64,000 bases of DNA from Peptococcaceae bacterium (GTDB lineage Bacteria > Bacillota > Desulfitobacteriia > Desulfitobacteriales > Syntrophobotulaceae), in the NCBI GenBank assembly GCA_009778595.1, contig WRJI01000003.1, forward strand, positions 6,308-70,307, in the 5' to 3' direction. Each line of letters starts with the position of its first letter. The stretch's first letter is position 1. The notes below the pieces were generated by a model, which saw nothing but the letters and a program-made list of their open reading frames with translations, had not been told where the DNA came from and did no database searches. A program made the position numbers and the translations under genes. This document shows positions 51,016 to 59,872 of this stretch, piece by piece.

Positions 51016-52002
51016 TCAAGGACTCTGAACCTTTTTCCCGTTGATTCCGGCACGAGGGTTTTTGACCACACGGGTTTCGGCGTAGATGCCTTCAATACAT
51101 GCAAAGTCTTTGTTCTGATCGATAACGCGGACGCTTTTTTGCAGGATAATACCCGATTCAACAACATAGACCGAGGTTTCCGACCCCTTGTAGAAGACGG
51201 CGGAAACAGGGACGACGATACCCTGTCTGGGGTTCTGCCGGATCCATTGTGCCGACAGAACTCTCTGGTTCCCCGAAGACTCCAGGAAACGATGAAAGCG
51301 GACGACGGCGCCTCTTGGGGCGTATGAGAGCCTCTCAACATAAGCTTTTTCGATGGTATCTTCCTCCACTTTAAAATGGAGGAGATCCCCTTGTTCGGGT
51401 ATGTTGCCGGCATCGGTCAGATAGATGAAAGCCCAACTTGACTCAAGATTGTTCACCATTTTGCCGGCGACACCCGAGGCGGAGGTGCCGGTTATCGGGT
51501 GGAACTTGTTCATGGCAACCAGATCTTTGGCCGGATTGGGGGTTTTGGTAAGCTTAGTGGTTTCGGGGATAACGGAGTTGACTTCAGTCATAAGTTTCTG
51601 GAGATCCATGGTCGTCAGGGTTGTTGGTGTAAGGATACCTTCCAAGTCATCTTTCCCGGCAAAGAAAAGCCCGGAAACAGGGGCGGTCAGGATATCCTTG
51701 CCAATATCAGCGATTTTTTCATCCCGGCGGAAACGGGAACCGTCGGGTTTCAGATAAACCGGTGTCCCGCCCGCGGGAGAGATGACGAGGGTCTCCGTAT
51801 TGGCGATCAGTAAAGTTACCGGGATCTCGTGGGTGACGACGCCTTCGGTGGCCGTAACGTAAATCAAACGGTTCTGCAACAGAAGGAAAACGCAAACCAA
51901 TGAAAACGCCAGGAGAATAAGAATGGCCGGCACAGATAAGGGGAGTTTCTCAGGCATAAAAGATTTTACGGAGGTTTTGAGTGTTGTTGCGAGTTGTTTC
52001 AT
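51016..52002 (-). CDS. HlyD/membrane-fusion-like protein with an N-terminal TM anchor
   Basis: Trimmed to ATG 52002 (ATGA overlap with the pgeF stop). The C-terminus, GIVVPVSAVFYKGSETSVYVVESGIILQKSVRVIDQ, is adaptor beta-barrel-like. Confidence 0.55.
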   Translation of the reverse strand: MKQLATTLKTSVKSFMPEKLPLSVPAILILLAFSLVCVFLLLQNRLIYVTATEGVVTHEIPVTLLIANTETLVISPAGGTPVYLKPDGSRFRRDEKIADIGKDILTAPVSGLFFAGKDDLEGILTPTTLTTMDLQKLMTEVNSVIPETTKLTKTPNPAKDLVAMNKFHPITGTSASGVAGKMVNNLESSWAFIYLTDAGNIPEQGDLLHFKVEEDTIEKAYVERLSYAPRGAVVRFHRFLESSGNQRVLSAQWIRQNPRQGIVVPVSAVFYKGSETSVYVVESGIILQKSVRVIDQNKDFACIEGIYAETRVVKNPRAGINGKKVQSP

Positions 52003-53099
52003 AGGACCTGCCTGATGAAAGCAGCCATACGGCCTGTCCGGGGGTTTTTGCGGTAGGAAAAAAACCAATCACTGTTACAACAAGTACACAGAGACGCACA
52101 GGAAATATGGGACTGTGTCAAACCCGCGCTCAGCAACTCCAACCGGTTGATTTCCTGTAAATCCAAAGCATATTTGCCGCGATCACGCCGGTGAAAGAAT
52201 TGTTTGTCTCCGGTTATAGATCCGGGGAGTCGCTCCTTGAAAACCGCTACGGTAGACGCGTCCACCTCATAGCAGCAGGAACCGACACAAGGTCCAATGG
52301 CGGCCAGAAGATCCGAAGGCCGACAACCTCGGGCGCTGAGAAAAGCAACCATTGATCGTGCCATACCCGCCGCACTGCCGCGCCATCCCGCGTGGGCCAG
52401 AGCGACCCGGCGCGTTTTCGGATCGAAAAAGTATAGGGGAACGCAATCGGCAAAAAAAGCCATCAGCCCTACCCCGGTTCGGGTCGTCAAAGCGTCATAT
52501 CCCGGCAAAACGGAAGCCAGATCAAGCATACCGGCGCCGCCGCAGGAGTCGTCAACATCGGCGATTTCGACACCGTGGATTTGTTCGCCGGCGACGCAAT
52601 GCTGCGGCGAGCAGGACGACGCCGTCAGAAACCGGTGTCGGTTTTCCAGAACGACTTCCGGGTCGTCGCCTACATGGAGACCCAGATTCAATTCGGCATA
52701 CGGATCGGTACCGCATCCCCCCACCCGTGAGGAGAAGGTGGCTGTAACCCCGTATTCTTCCCAAGGGAGGCAGAGAAACGGCAGATTCCGGCGCCTGTCC
52801 CCGTCTCCCCCGTGGATTTGCCGCCAAGACCATGTATCGCCGGGAACCGGCAGGCGCGTGGTGTCGTCCAAGGTGTTGTCCAAGGTGTCGTCCGAGGTGT
52901 CGTCCAAAGAGTGTTCCAAGGTATTGTCCATAGTTTTGTCCTTACTGTTGTCCTTTGTGTTATTGGTCATGATATTTATTAATTCCCACTGTTCATATTC
53001 AACATAATAATCTGGACACCTTGTTTGTGCCATGATATTATCTGATATCGGGGACATAGAACCGCACAAGACCGGGGAACGGCTTGCGGGGCAGGCCAC
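51999..53099 (-). CDS. pgeF: YfiH/YlmD (PgeF) laccase-domain protein with a repeat-containing N-terminal extension
   Basis: The core carries TRTGVGLMAFFADCVPLYFFD, ALAHAGWRG and CGPCVGSCCYEV. The start is uncertain: GTG 53099 or ATG 52970. Confidence 0.8.
   Translation of the reverse strand: MACPASRSPVLCGSMSPISDNIMAQTRCPDYYVEYEQWELINIMTNNTKDNSKDKTMDNTLEHSLDDTSDDTLDNTLDDTTRLPVPGDTWSWRQIHGGDGDRRRNLPFLCLPWEEYGVTATFSSRVGGCGTDPYAELNLGLHVGDDPEVVLENRHRFLTASSCSPQHCVAGEQIHGVEIADVDDSCGGAGMLDLASVLPGYDALTTRTGVGLMAFFADCVPLYFFDPKTRRVALAHAGWRGSAAGMARSMVAFLSARGCRPSDLLAAIGPCVGSCCYEVDASTVAVFKERLPGSITGDKQFFHRRDRGKYALDLQEINRLELLSAGLTQSHISCASLCTCCNSDWFFSYRKNPRTGRMAAFIRQVL
52860..52967 (-). repeat. Nine tandem 12-nt units encoding (L/S/K/M)-D-(D/N)-T tetrapeptides at the 5-prime end of pgeF
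   Basis: Plus-strand units are GGTGTCGTCCAA, GGTGTTGTCCAA, GGTGTCGTCCGA, GGTGTCGTCCAA and so on. The peptide is TNNT KDNS KDKT MDNT LEHS LDDT SDDT LDNT LDDT. Confidence 0.85.
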
Positions 53100-53136
53100 G
53101 TCCAGACCGCCCCGTAGCCTTGTGCAGGCGGAAGAG

Positions 53137-53415
53137 TCAATACCGGTCGCTTAACCGATGATCGTAACGAGACGCGACATTGACCAGAATGACATCGACC
53201 CCAATCTTGACCACTTTATCCCAACCAATAAACAGGTCGCCGCCCCGATGGTCACCACCGGAACCCCAGAAGCTCTGTTTTGGCTCGTACATGCTGACGA
53301 CGAGACCTTTGACACATCCATGTTCTAAATCCAAATCCAAATCAAGCACCGGTCCCAGGCGCGAACCGTCACTGATATTAACTATGTCCATAGAACGCAA
53401 ATCAGAAACATGCAT
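53137..53415 (-). CDS. ylmC: YlmC/YmxH-family PRC-barrel sporulation protein
   Basis: MHVSDLRSMDIVNISDGSRLG...GLVV. Start trimmed to ATG 53415. Confidence 0.85.
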   Translation of the reverse strand: MHVSDLRSMDIVNISDGSRLGPVLDLDLDLEHGCVKGLVVSMYEPKQSFWGSGGDHRGGDLFIGWDKVVKIGVDVILVNVASRYDHRLSDRY

Positions 53416-53546
53416 TCGAGTCTCCCCCATTCTGCCGGGCCTGTTTATGTATATGGGATCTACTCACACATTATTCTGAGTTTGGGGTCCTCATATTTAA
53501 CCAATCGGGTCGTAACGGAGTAGGCCTGTGTCGTAACCGCTCTCAC

Positions 53547-53599
53547 AAAAAAAGGACGCCGCTGCGGGGATCGAGCTCAATCTCGATCCCCGCAACGGC
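53547..53599 (-). terminator. Rho-independent terminator after satP
   Basis: Minus strand: GCCGTTGCGGGGATCGAG-ATTGAG-CTCGATCCCCGCAGCGGC, then GTCCTTTTTTT. Confidence 0.8.
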
Positions 53600-53659
53600 G
53601 TTTGGTATGGCGCTTTGGTAGGATGTGCCGTTAATGATGATAAGGTTTACGCGCTTTTC

Positions 53660-54262
53660 TTATTTGGCTTTCTCTTTATAAAGGGGCCCGGGGTTCGGAT
53701 AAACCGTTTTCCCAAAGGTTCCGTTTACAATCAGAGCGGCCGACAGATAAATACCGATGACCCCGGCCAACAGGAGCAACCACCCTGCGATATTGGCAAA
53801 GACAGTGCTCAAGTCAGGGAACAGAGCCAAATCTCTGATAGAGATAAAGGGAATCGCGACGTCAAGAACAACAACAATCGCAAACAATAAGGCTGGAGAT
53901 TTGTAGAAGGCAGGGGTCCAAAGAATCAGTGCAATACCCAGGCAGAGCCAAAGCCAGCCGTCGATACGGCCGTCTAATCCTGCATTGAAATATTTGAAGA
54001 ACATCTCCAAACCGGTGGCAAGCATAAAATAACCGCTGAAGAATAAAAACGTGTTTCCGCCTGTCAAAGATCCGGATTTCAGATCCAGAAGAGCTACAAA
54101 AACCTGGATCATGAATCCGCCAAGAAGAATACTGCCGAATAACGGCAGGCATTTCCCGTCAACGTGGCCGGTCAGCATGGCAAAAAAGCAGAAACATGCG
54201 ACGGCTAATGCCACGAGACCCGCCGGAGTGGGGTTGGCCCAATTGGTTGCTTTGGTTTCCAT
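53660..54262 (-). CDS. satP: GPR1/FUN34/YaaH-family acetate/succinate channel
   Basis: NPTPAGLVALAV signature (NPAPLGL-like). Six hydrophobic helices in 200 aa. Confidence 0.8.
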   Translation of the reverse strand: METKATNWANPTPAGLVALAVACFCFFAMLTGHVDGKCLPLFGSILLGGFMIQVFVALLDLKSGSLTGGNTFLFFSGYFMLATGLEMFFKYFNAGLDGRIDGWLWLCLGIALILWTPAFYKSPALLFAIVVVLDVAIPFISIRDLALFPDLSTVFANIAGWLLLLAGVIGIYLSAALIVNGTFGKTVYPNPGPLYKEKAK

Positions 54263-54372
54263 GAAATCACCCTTTCAATTAAGTATTGCGATAATCTAAG
54301 ACATATTCTTTCAATCGCTTCTTGCACGCCGGTCGGTTATTCACAAACCGATAAGAATTGTTTCGAAGACCT

Positions 54373-54388
54373 TGTGCAAATAAGCACA
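54373..54388. promoter_or_regulatory. CRP/FNR-type palindrome TGTGC-N6-GCACA upstream of satP
   Basis: TGTGCAAATAAGCACA, about 110 nt upstream of the satP start. Confidence 0.35.
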
Positions 54389-54567
54389 TTGTAAATGAAT
54401 TGCTAAATTCTTAATAAGTGAAATTAGCGAGATAAAATAGTCTCTATTATTGTACCATCCCGGGATCTTGATTGGCAAGAGAATAGAAATAATGGTTGGT
54501 AATCGACACCATCAGAAACGCAAATACCTGACTTGCCCTTTTCGCGAGACCTTTGGCGAAGCTCGCA

Positions 54568-55377
54568 TCAGACATGTTTCCTCATGTTTTTCAACGCGGC
54601 TTTCTCCAGGCGGGAGACTTGAGCTTGGCTGATGCCGATTTCCTCTGCCACTTCCATCTGGGTTTTGCCATGAAAAAACCTCAGGGAGATGATTTTCTTT
54701 TCCCGATCACCCAAGCGGCCAATCCCTTCTTTAATGGCGATAGATTCCAGCCAGGTTCGCTCTGTTTCGCGTTCGTCCCCCACCTGATCCATAACGTAGA
54801 TGGGATCTCCCCCATCGTGATAGATGGGTTCGAAGAGGGATATGGGTTCTTGGATGGCGTCAAGAGCCAGAACCACATCTTCCTGGGTGACGTCCAATTG
54901 TTTGGCGATTTCCTCGATGGTGGGTTCCCGCGAGGTTTCGACAGCCAAGCGATCCCGAGCTTGCAGAGCTTTGTAAGCAATATCCCGCAAAGAACGGCTG
55001 ACGCGAATCTGGTTGTTGTCGCGCAGATAGCGACGAATCTCTCCTATGATCATGGGGACGGCGTAGGTGGAGAATTTGACGTTTTGACCCAAATCGAAAT
55101 TGTCTATGGCTTTGATGAGTCCGATGCAACCAACCTGAAAAAGATCATCAACGTGTTCCCCCCGGTTGCTGAAGCGTTGTATGACACTGAGCACGAGACG
55201 CAAGTTTCCCCGGATCAGCTCTTCCCGAGCTGAGATTTCGCCTGATTGCAAGCGGACAAAGAGATCTTTCATCTGAGCCCCGCTGAGAACCGTTAACTTC
55301 GATGTGTTCACACCACAAATTTCGACTTTGTGTAAAATATTGTCCGCCTCCCCCATCTTCCTTGCGGCTGATATCAT
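54568..55377 (-). CDS. sigG: Forespore sigma factor SigG
   Basis: Near-identical to B. subtilis SigG blocks: KVEICGV.TSKL, GNLRLVLSVIQRF.NRGE.VDDLFQVGCIGL, STYAVPMIIGEIRRYLRDNN, EIGISQAQVSRLEKAA. The likely start is 55356. Confidence 0.95.
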   Translation of the reverse strand: MISAARKMGEADNILHKVEICGVNTSKLTVLSGAQMKDLFVRLQSGEISAREELIRGNLRLVLSVIQRFSNRGEHVDDLFQVGCIGLIKAIDNFDLGQNVKFSTYAVPMIIGEIRRYLRDNNQIRVSRSLRDIAYKALQARDRLAVETSREPTIEEIAKQLDVTQEDVVLALDAIQEPISLFEPIYHDGGDPIYVMDQVGDERETERTWLESIAIKEGIGRLGDREKKIISLRFFHGKTQMEVAEEIGISQAQVSRLEKAALKNMRKHV

Positions 55378-55473
55378 TCAGCAGTAAAGTATTCCCTTGG
55401 GGAGTCGGACTTATTCTCTCACCGTCCGGTTGGATGACGAATTTTGTCTATTTCGGAATAATATTGATATCGA

Positions 55474-56229
55474 TCATTCCAACCTCATGAATTCCTTGCG
55501 CAGCCTCCGGATGATCCGTTTTTCCAAGCGAGAAATATAGGATTGGGAAATCCCGAGGCAATCGGCGACTTCTTTCTGGGTTTTCTCTTCGCCGCCAATA
55601 CCGAAACGCAGTTCCATAATGAGTTTCTCGCGTTCGGTGAGGATACCCATGGCTTGTTTGAGTATGGCTTTATCGACTTCCTCTTCGATGGGCCGGGAGA
55701 TGATGTCGTTTTCGGTGCCCAGGATGTCGGACAGAAGGAGCTCGTTGCCGTTCCAGTCAATGTTGAGGGGTTCATCGAAAGAGACCTCATAGCGGGTCTT
55801 ATTGTTGCGTCGCAGGTACATGAGGATTTCGTTTTCGATGCAGCGCGAAGCATAAGTGGCCAGCTTGATTTTTTTTGTGGGATCGAATGTGTTGACGGCT
55901 TTTATGAGACCGATAGCCCCAATAGATACCAGGTCTTCAATCCCAATGCAGGTGTTTTCGAATTTGCGGGAAATGTATACGACCAAGCGCAAGTTGCGTT
56001 CAATCAGTGTATTTTTTACAGTCATGTCGCCGGTTTCCAAGCGTCGAATGAGTTCGCCTTCCTCATCCAAGCTGAGAGGCGGAGGTAAGGCTTCACTGCT
56101 GCCGACATAAAATATTTTGCGGATGACCCGGAAAACGCGGCCCGGCCGGAATCTATGCCATATTCCGACGCACAGTATCTTGAGCTTTTCCCATCGGGAC
56201 ACAAGGGTTTTCTTGAACGACATCGCCAA
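55474..56229 (-). CDS. sigE: Mother-cell sigma factor pro-SigE
   Basis: [66 protein letters not shown], plus an N-terminal pro-sequence. Confidence 0.95.
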   Translation of the reverse strand: MAMSFKKTLVSRWEKLKILCVGIWHRFRPGRVFRVIRKIFYVGSSEALPPPLSLDEEGELIRRLETGDMTVKNTLIERNLRLVVYISRKFENTCIGIEDLVSIGAIGLIKAVNTFDPTKKIKLATYASRCIENEILMYLRRNNKTRYEVSFDEPLNIDWNGNELLLSDILGTENDIISRPIEEEVDKAILKQAMGILTEREKLIMELRFGIGGEEKTQKEVADCLGISQSYISRLEKRIIRRLRKEFMRLE

Positions 56230-57103
56230 AGTTCCTTCCTGAAAGATTTACGCATTGTGGATGGAGCAGAACCTGAAACCGGTTTTCTTCGCTGAGGATT
56301 TGTTGAACCAAAAGGATAGAGACTTTTTCGTCAAGGGTCTGGCCTTGCCCGCGTTGATCTTGTCGTTTCACGGTGACTCTGAGGGGGCGGACGGCAGGAA
56401 GCAGGCGTTTGCCGCCAACACTTTCGGTGGTGACGAATGACATGAGCTGTGACAGTTCAGGCGATTTCCACAAGAGTGTCCAGGGATTGTTTTCTTTTTG
56501 CCAAGAACTGTCAAGGAAGCGTCGAACGATAGGCGGCAAAACGGGCCGGAGTGCTTTTTCCTCAACGATGATGACCGGAGCGCCGGTGATGGGGTCTTTC
56601 AGGTTGTTGCCTGTATCCAAAAGGGCAGGCAACGCAACGCAACCCCAGCCAAACTCCAATTCGACTTGATACAAGAATTGTTGGAGGAATTCATCAGTTT
56701 TGTGCCAGTGTTGCCACAGAAACACGATGCCGTACATGACCCCTATCAATGTCGGAATGATCCAGAGATTATTGGGAGTCAACCGTGTTCCGCTGCCGGA
56801 AAGCATATAGATGCCACCACCGCTTAAGGCAGCCAGAACAACAAAAAATACCAGGCAACGAACAAAATCCGAAAAACATCTTACGCGCAAGCCGACGATA
56901 ATCATTGCCGGAAGTACCGGCAGGAGAGCCATCATGGCAGGACCCTGCCATGACATGTCCAAAGTCCATAGGCATAAAGGAACCAAACCAATCAAGGAAC
57001 CGCAGGCCAGCCACAACGGATAAATCCTGCGTCGGCAAAGTCGTGACACAAGGAGCAAAAGAAGAACATTCATCAAGATGTTCACCATGAAAGTTAGGTC
57101 CAA
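56153..57103 (-). CDS. spoIIGA: Sigma-E processing aspartic protease SpoIIGA
   Basis: Five N-terminal TM helices, then [21 protein letters not shown] (DTG motif). It lies immediately upstream of sigE. The track start is TTG. Confidence 0.9.
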   Translation of the reverse strand: MDLTFMVNILMNVLLLLLVSRLCRRRIYPLWLACGSLIGLVPLCLWTLDMSWQGPAMMALLPVLPAMIIVGLRVRCFSDFVRCLVFFVVLAALSGGGIYMLSGSGTRLTPNNLWIIPTLIGVMYGIVFLWQHWHKTDEFLQQFLYQVELEFGWGCVALPALLDTGNNLKDPITGAPVIIVEEKALRPVLPPIVRRFLDSSWQKENNPWTLLWKSPELSQLMSFVTTESVGGKRLLPAVRPLRVTVKRQDQRGQGQTLDEKVSILLVQQILSEENRFQVLLHPQCVNLSGRNFGDVVQENPCVPMGKAQDTVRRNMA

Positions 57104-57282
57104 ATATATGATCGTCTCGGCGGGAATCAGCCCCCTTTCGTAAAGCCAGCTGACAAGAACGCTGACAGTGTTGTGCCCGTGGAGTCTATTCCGGCTGACC
57201 GGGGAATCGACTTAGGCTGATTCCCGGTTGTATAGCCTTGCGGGCAAGCTCACCAAAGATATTACCAGTATAATGGAAATAC

Positions 57283-57320
57283 CAAAAAACCCCTGTCGTT
57301 TTAGGGACGAGGGTTTTTTC
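57283..57320. terminator. Imperfect stem-loop flanked by an A-run and a T-run, after the CWB2 gene
   Basis: AAAAAACCCCTGTCGTTTTAGGGACGAGGGTTTTTTC. Confidence 0.5.
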
Positions 57321-57361
57321 TAATTCTTGTGGTTATCGTCGTATTTTTAGAATGTTTGCAC

Positions 57362-59398
57362 TCACATTTTCTCCATGGCTTCTAAATCATCATCAGAGGG
57401 GTCCTCGCCCAGGGACTGTTTCCATGTGGCTCCGTACACCCTATCTTTGGCCGGCTCGGAGGTGTCCATGATCGTCTGAAGGTATAAGGATTCTTTGCCG
57501 TGATTGTAGACGGCGTATCCGCTTACGTTGTATGGGACGCTGTAATAGAGATTGTGTCTGGTTTTCATGGAGGCGTCTTCGGCGAAGTAGCCGACAACTT
57601 GGGCGTTGGGTGTAGATGTGTGAGTTATGATGAAGCCGCAGCCACCGGTGACGCGAGGGTCGGTTTTGAACCCGTTGTTCTCGATGGATCCGCCCCGGGC
57701 GATCATGGTTGGGATGAAAGCCGGATCTGAACGGAATTCACCGCATTGGATGCCGTTGCCCACATGATCGTGGTAGTTTTTTTCGTTCATAGCCTGGTAA
57801 GGATCGTCCGAGTATTTGTTGTAGTCTTTCGCAAGTTGTACCTGACCGCCGATACCGATGATTTGAGGTTCGCCGAAGAGGATGAGGGTACCGGTCATGA
57901 TACCCGTGCCCGAATAATTATCACCGTTGCCACCGATACCTTCGATAAGGGCCTGGTCTTCAACGACGAGGCGGCCGGCTTTAATGCCGTCACCTTCAAA
58001 GAGACCGCTTTTGCCTGCTTTGACTTGGAGCAAAGCTTTTTCGTTTATGGTTAAGGTGTTTTCGACGAAGAGGCCATGGAAGCAATAGTTTTTGGGACCA
58101 CTAATTGTTACAACGCCTTCGATACGCAGATTGCTTTCTGAGTAAACGACAGCGTTGTTAGCGGACAGGCTGTTGCGCTTGGATTGAGTCAGTTCTATAT
58201 TGAGGTTTTTGAAGGTGACGTTGGAAGCGATGATCCATGTACGGCCCACAAATTTATGGTTCTGCCCGTCGATGATAACGGAACGTTTCACCCATAGGTC
58301 TTCATCGTTTTCCGCGATGATGTCCCGAGTCAGGAAGACGTTGCGGCCTGCCTCTACGGCACTTTTGAGTTCGTCCCATGTACCTGCGGGTTTCCATTGC
58401 ATTTCGAGGTTGGTCAGAATACTTTTGACTGCGTCTGTGGAGATGATGTTTTCCCCGCCCAAGACACTGCATTGACTGTTTTCCGCAGGTTTCTTCAGTT
58501 CTCTATCTGTGTCGGCGGGGGTCTCAGCCGGGTTAACGAGGATAATGGCGGCGCTGTTGACGGCGGCTGCAGTTGCGGCTGCGAAGGCGTCAATGAACCG
58601 TGGGTTTTCCCCACTGATGATCCAAATACTGTTGAATCGATATGGTAGGGTGCTGACGATAATTTTGTTGGTTTCGTAGAAATCCCGACCGGCCAGGCGT
58701 TTGGCGCCCTTGATATCATGAACACTATTTTCACCGCCCACTAAATAGACGGTTCCTATGAGTCGGCTTCTCTCAACAAAACCGTTTTCATCAGCCAGCA
58801 GGATTTGGTAGCGGTTGGCGGCGGCGAAGGAACTGATACTGACAGCATCAGCGACAGAAGAGCCGCTGATGACGAAGGTACCCTTAACGTCTTTGAGTTC
58901 TTTGTTGATGGCAAGGGCTGTGGTACGACTGTTTTCGCCGTGCAACGGTATAATCCTGGCACCGGTTTTCAGATTGCGGAGTTCGGGAATAACAGTTTCG
59001 CTGAGATCGCCTAAGAGATAGATCGTTTCGGGTTTCAGGTCCGCGATTTTTTTGGCGGTTCGGATATCAAGGGTTTCACGGGGTGTCAGGAGAATGGGGG
59101 CGTTTTCCTGACCGGCCAACGGAGCCGCACAAAGGAGATCCGCCAAGTCGTCTTCATGGGTGGACGCCAGGATGATGGTAGAGGAATCTTGAGTTTGGAT
59201 GGCTTCACAGATTTCGATGGCTGTTTCTATGGAGTCTTGCGCTGTGTAACGGATAATGGTGCCGGCGATGACGGTTCTTGGTGAGAAGGTACCCATCAGC
59301 ATAGCGACGACACATAGGACACTGATGAGTATTCTGATTTTGGTGACCGTGACAATATGTTTTATAAGTTTCACGTGATCTCTCCGTTCGTTGTGCAT
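57362..59398 (-). CDS. Secreted cell-wall protein: three CWB2 (cell wall binding repeat 2) modules plus a C-terminal beta-helix-like domain
   Basis: Signal peptide. Repeated blocks resemble AQDSIETAIEICE...IILAS..D.ADLLCAAPLAG..NAPILLT. The C-terminal half is rich in G/N repeats. Confidence 0.7.
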   Translation of the reverse strand: MHNERRDHVKLIKHIVTVTKIRILISVLCVVAMLMGTFSPRTVIAGTIIRYTAQDSIETAIEICEAIQTQDSSTIILASTHEDDLADLLCAAPLAGQENAPILLTPRETLDIRTAKKIADLKPETIYLLGDLSETVIPELRNLKTGARIIPLHGENSRTTALAINKELKDVKGTFVISGSSVADAVSISSFAAANRYQILLADENGFVERSRLIGTVYLVGGENSVHDIKGAKRLAGRDFYETNKIIVSTLPYRFNSIWIISGENPRFIDAFAAATAAAVNSAAIILVNPAETPADTDRELKKPAENSQCSVLGGENIISTDAVKSILTNLEMQWKPAGTWDELKSAVEAGRNVFLTRDIIAENDEDLWVKRSVIIDGQNHKFVGRTWIIASNVTFKNLNIELTQSKRNSLSANNAVVYSESNLRIEGVVTISGPKNYCFHGLFVENTLTINEKALLQVKAGKSGLFEGDGIKAGRLVVEDQALIEGIGGNGDNYSGTGIMTGTLILFGEPQIIGIGGQVQLAKDYNKYSDDPYQAMNEKNYHDHVGNGIQCGEFRSDPAFIPTMIARGGSIENNGFKTDPRVTGGCGFIITHTSTPNAQVVGYFAEDASMKTRHNLYYSVPYNVSGYAVYNHGKESLYLQTIMDTSEPAKDRVYGATWKQSLGEDPSDDDLEAMEKM

Positions 59399-59872
59399 GG
59401 GTCAACAGGGCGATACAATTTCCATGAGGAACCCAATACAAGGCACTGAATTACAGGGTTCGAAACTGCATGGTTCTAAATTTGACGATCTCTGCATATC
59501 GTATTATATTTTTGACTGATCGGTTTGGTGTAAACGGACATCCATACAGTGCAACCTCGTTTGATAAGTTGTCCGTTTTTTGTCCAAGCATCCTACAATA
59601 GGATACTCTTTTCTCGCCGAAAAAGCAATATGGTTGATTTCGAAAAAAGTAATATATATATATTTCGGATCGTAAGCCGTGCCAAATCCTTGCGATCGAA
59701 ACCCGTTCAGGTAATAATTGCGTAAAGATAGAGGATGATTTGGAGATATAGAGAATAATACCTGATAAGAGCGAAGTATTCTTGTTGTTGAGGCTGTGAA
59801 GATTATTGTTGGGTTTCATGGTTCTGATTGCATGATAGTCGGTACGGAACAGGGGGAATTACAGGTAGGATC

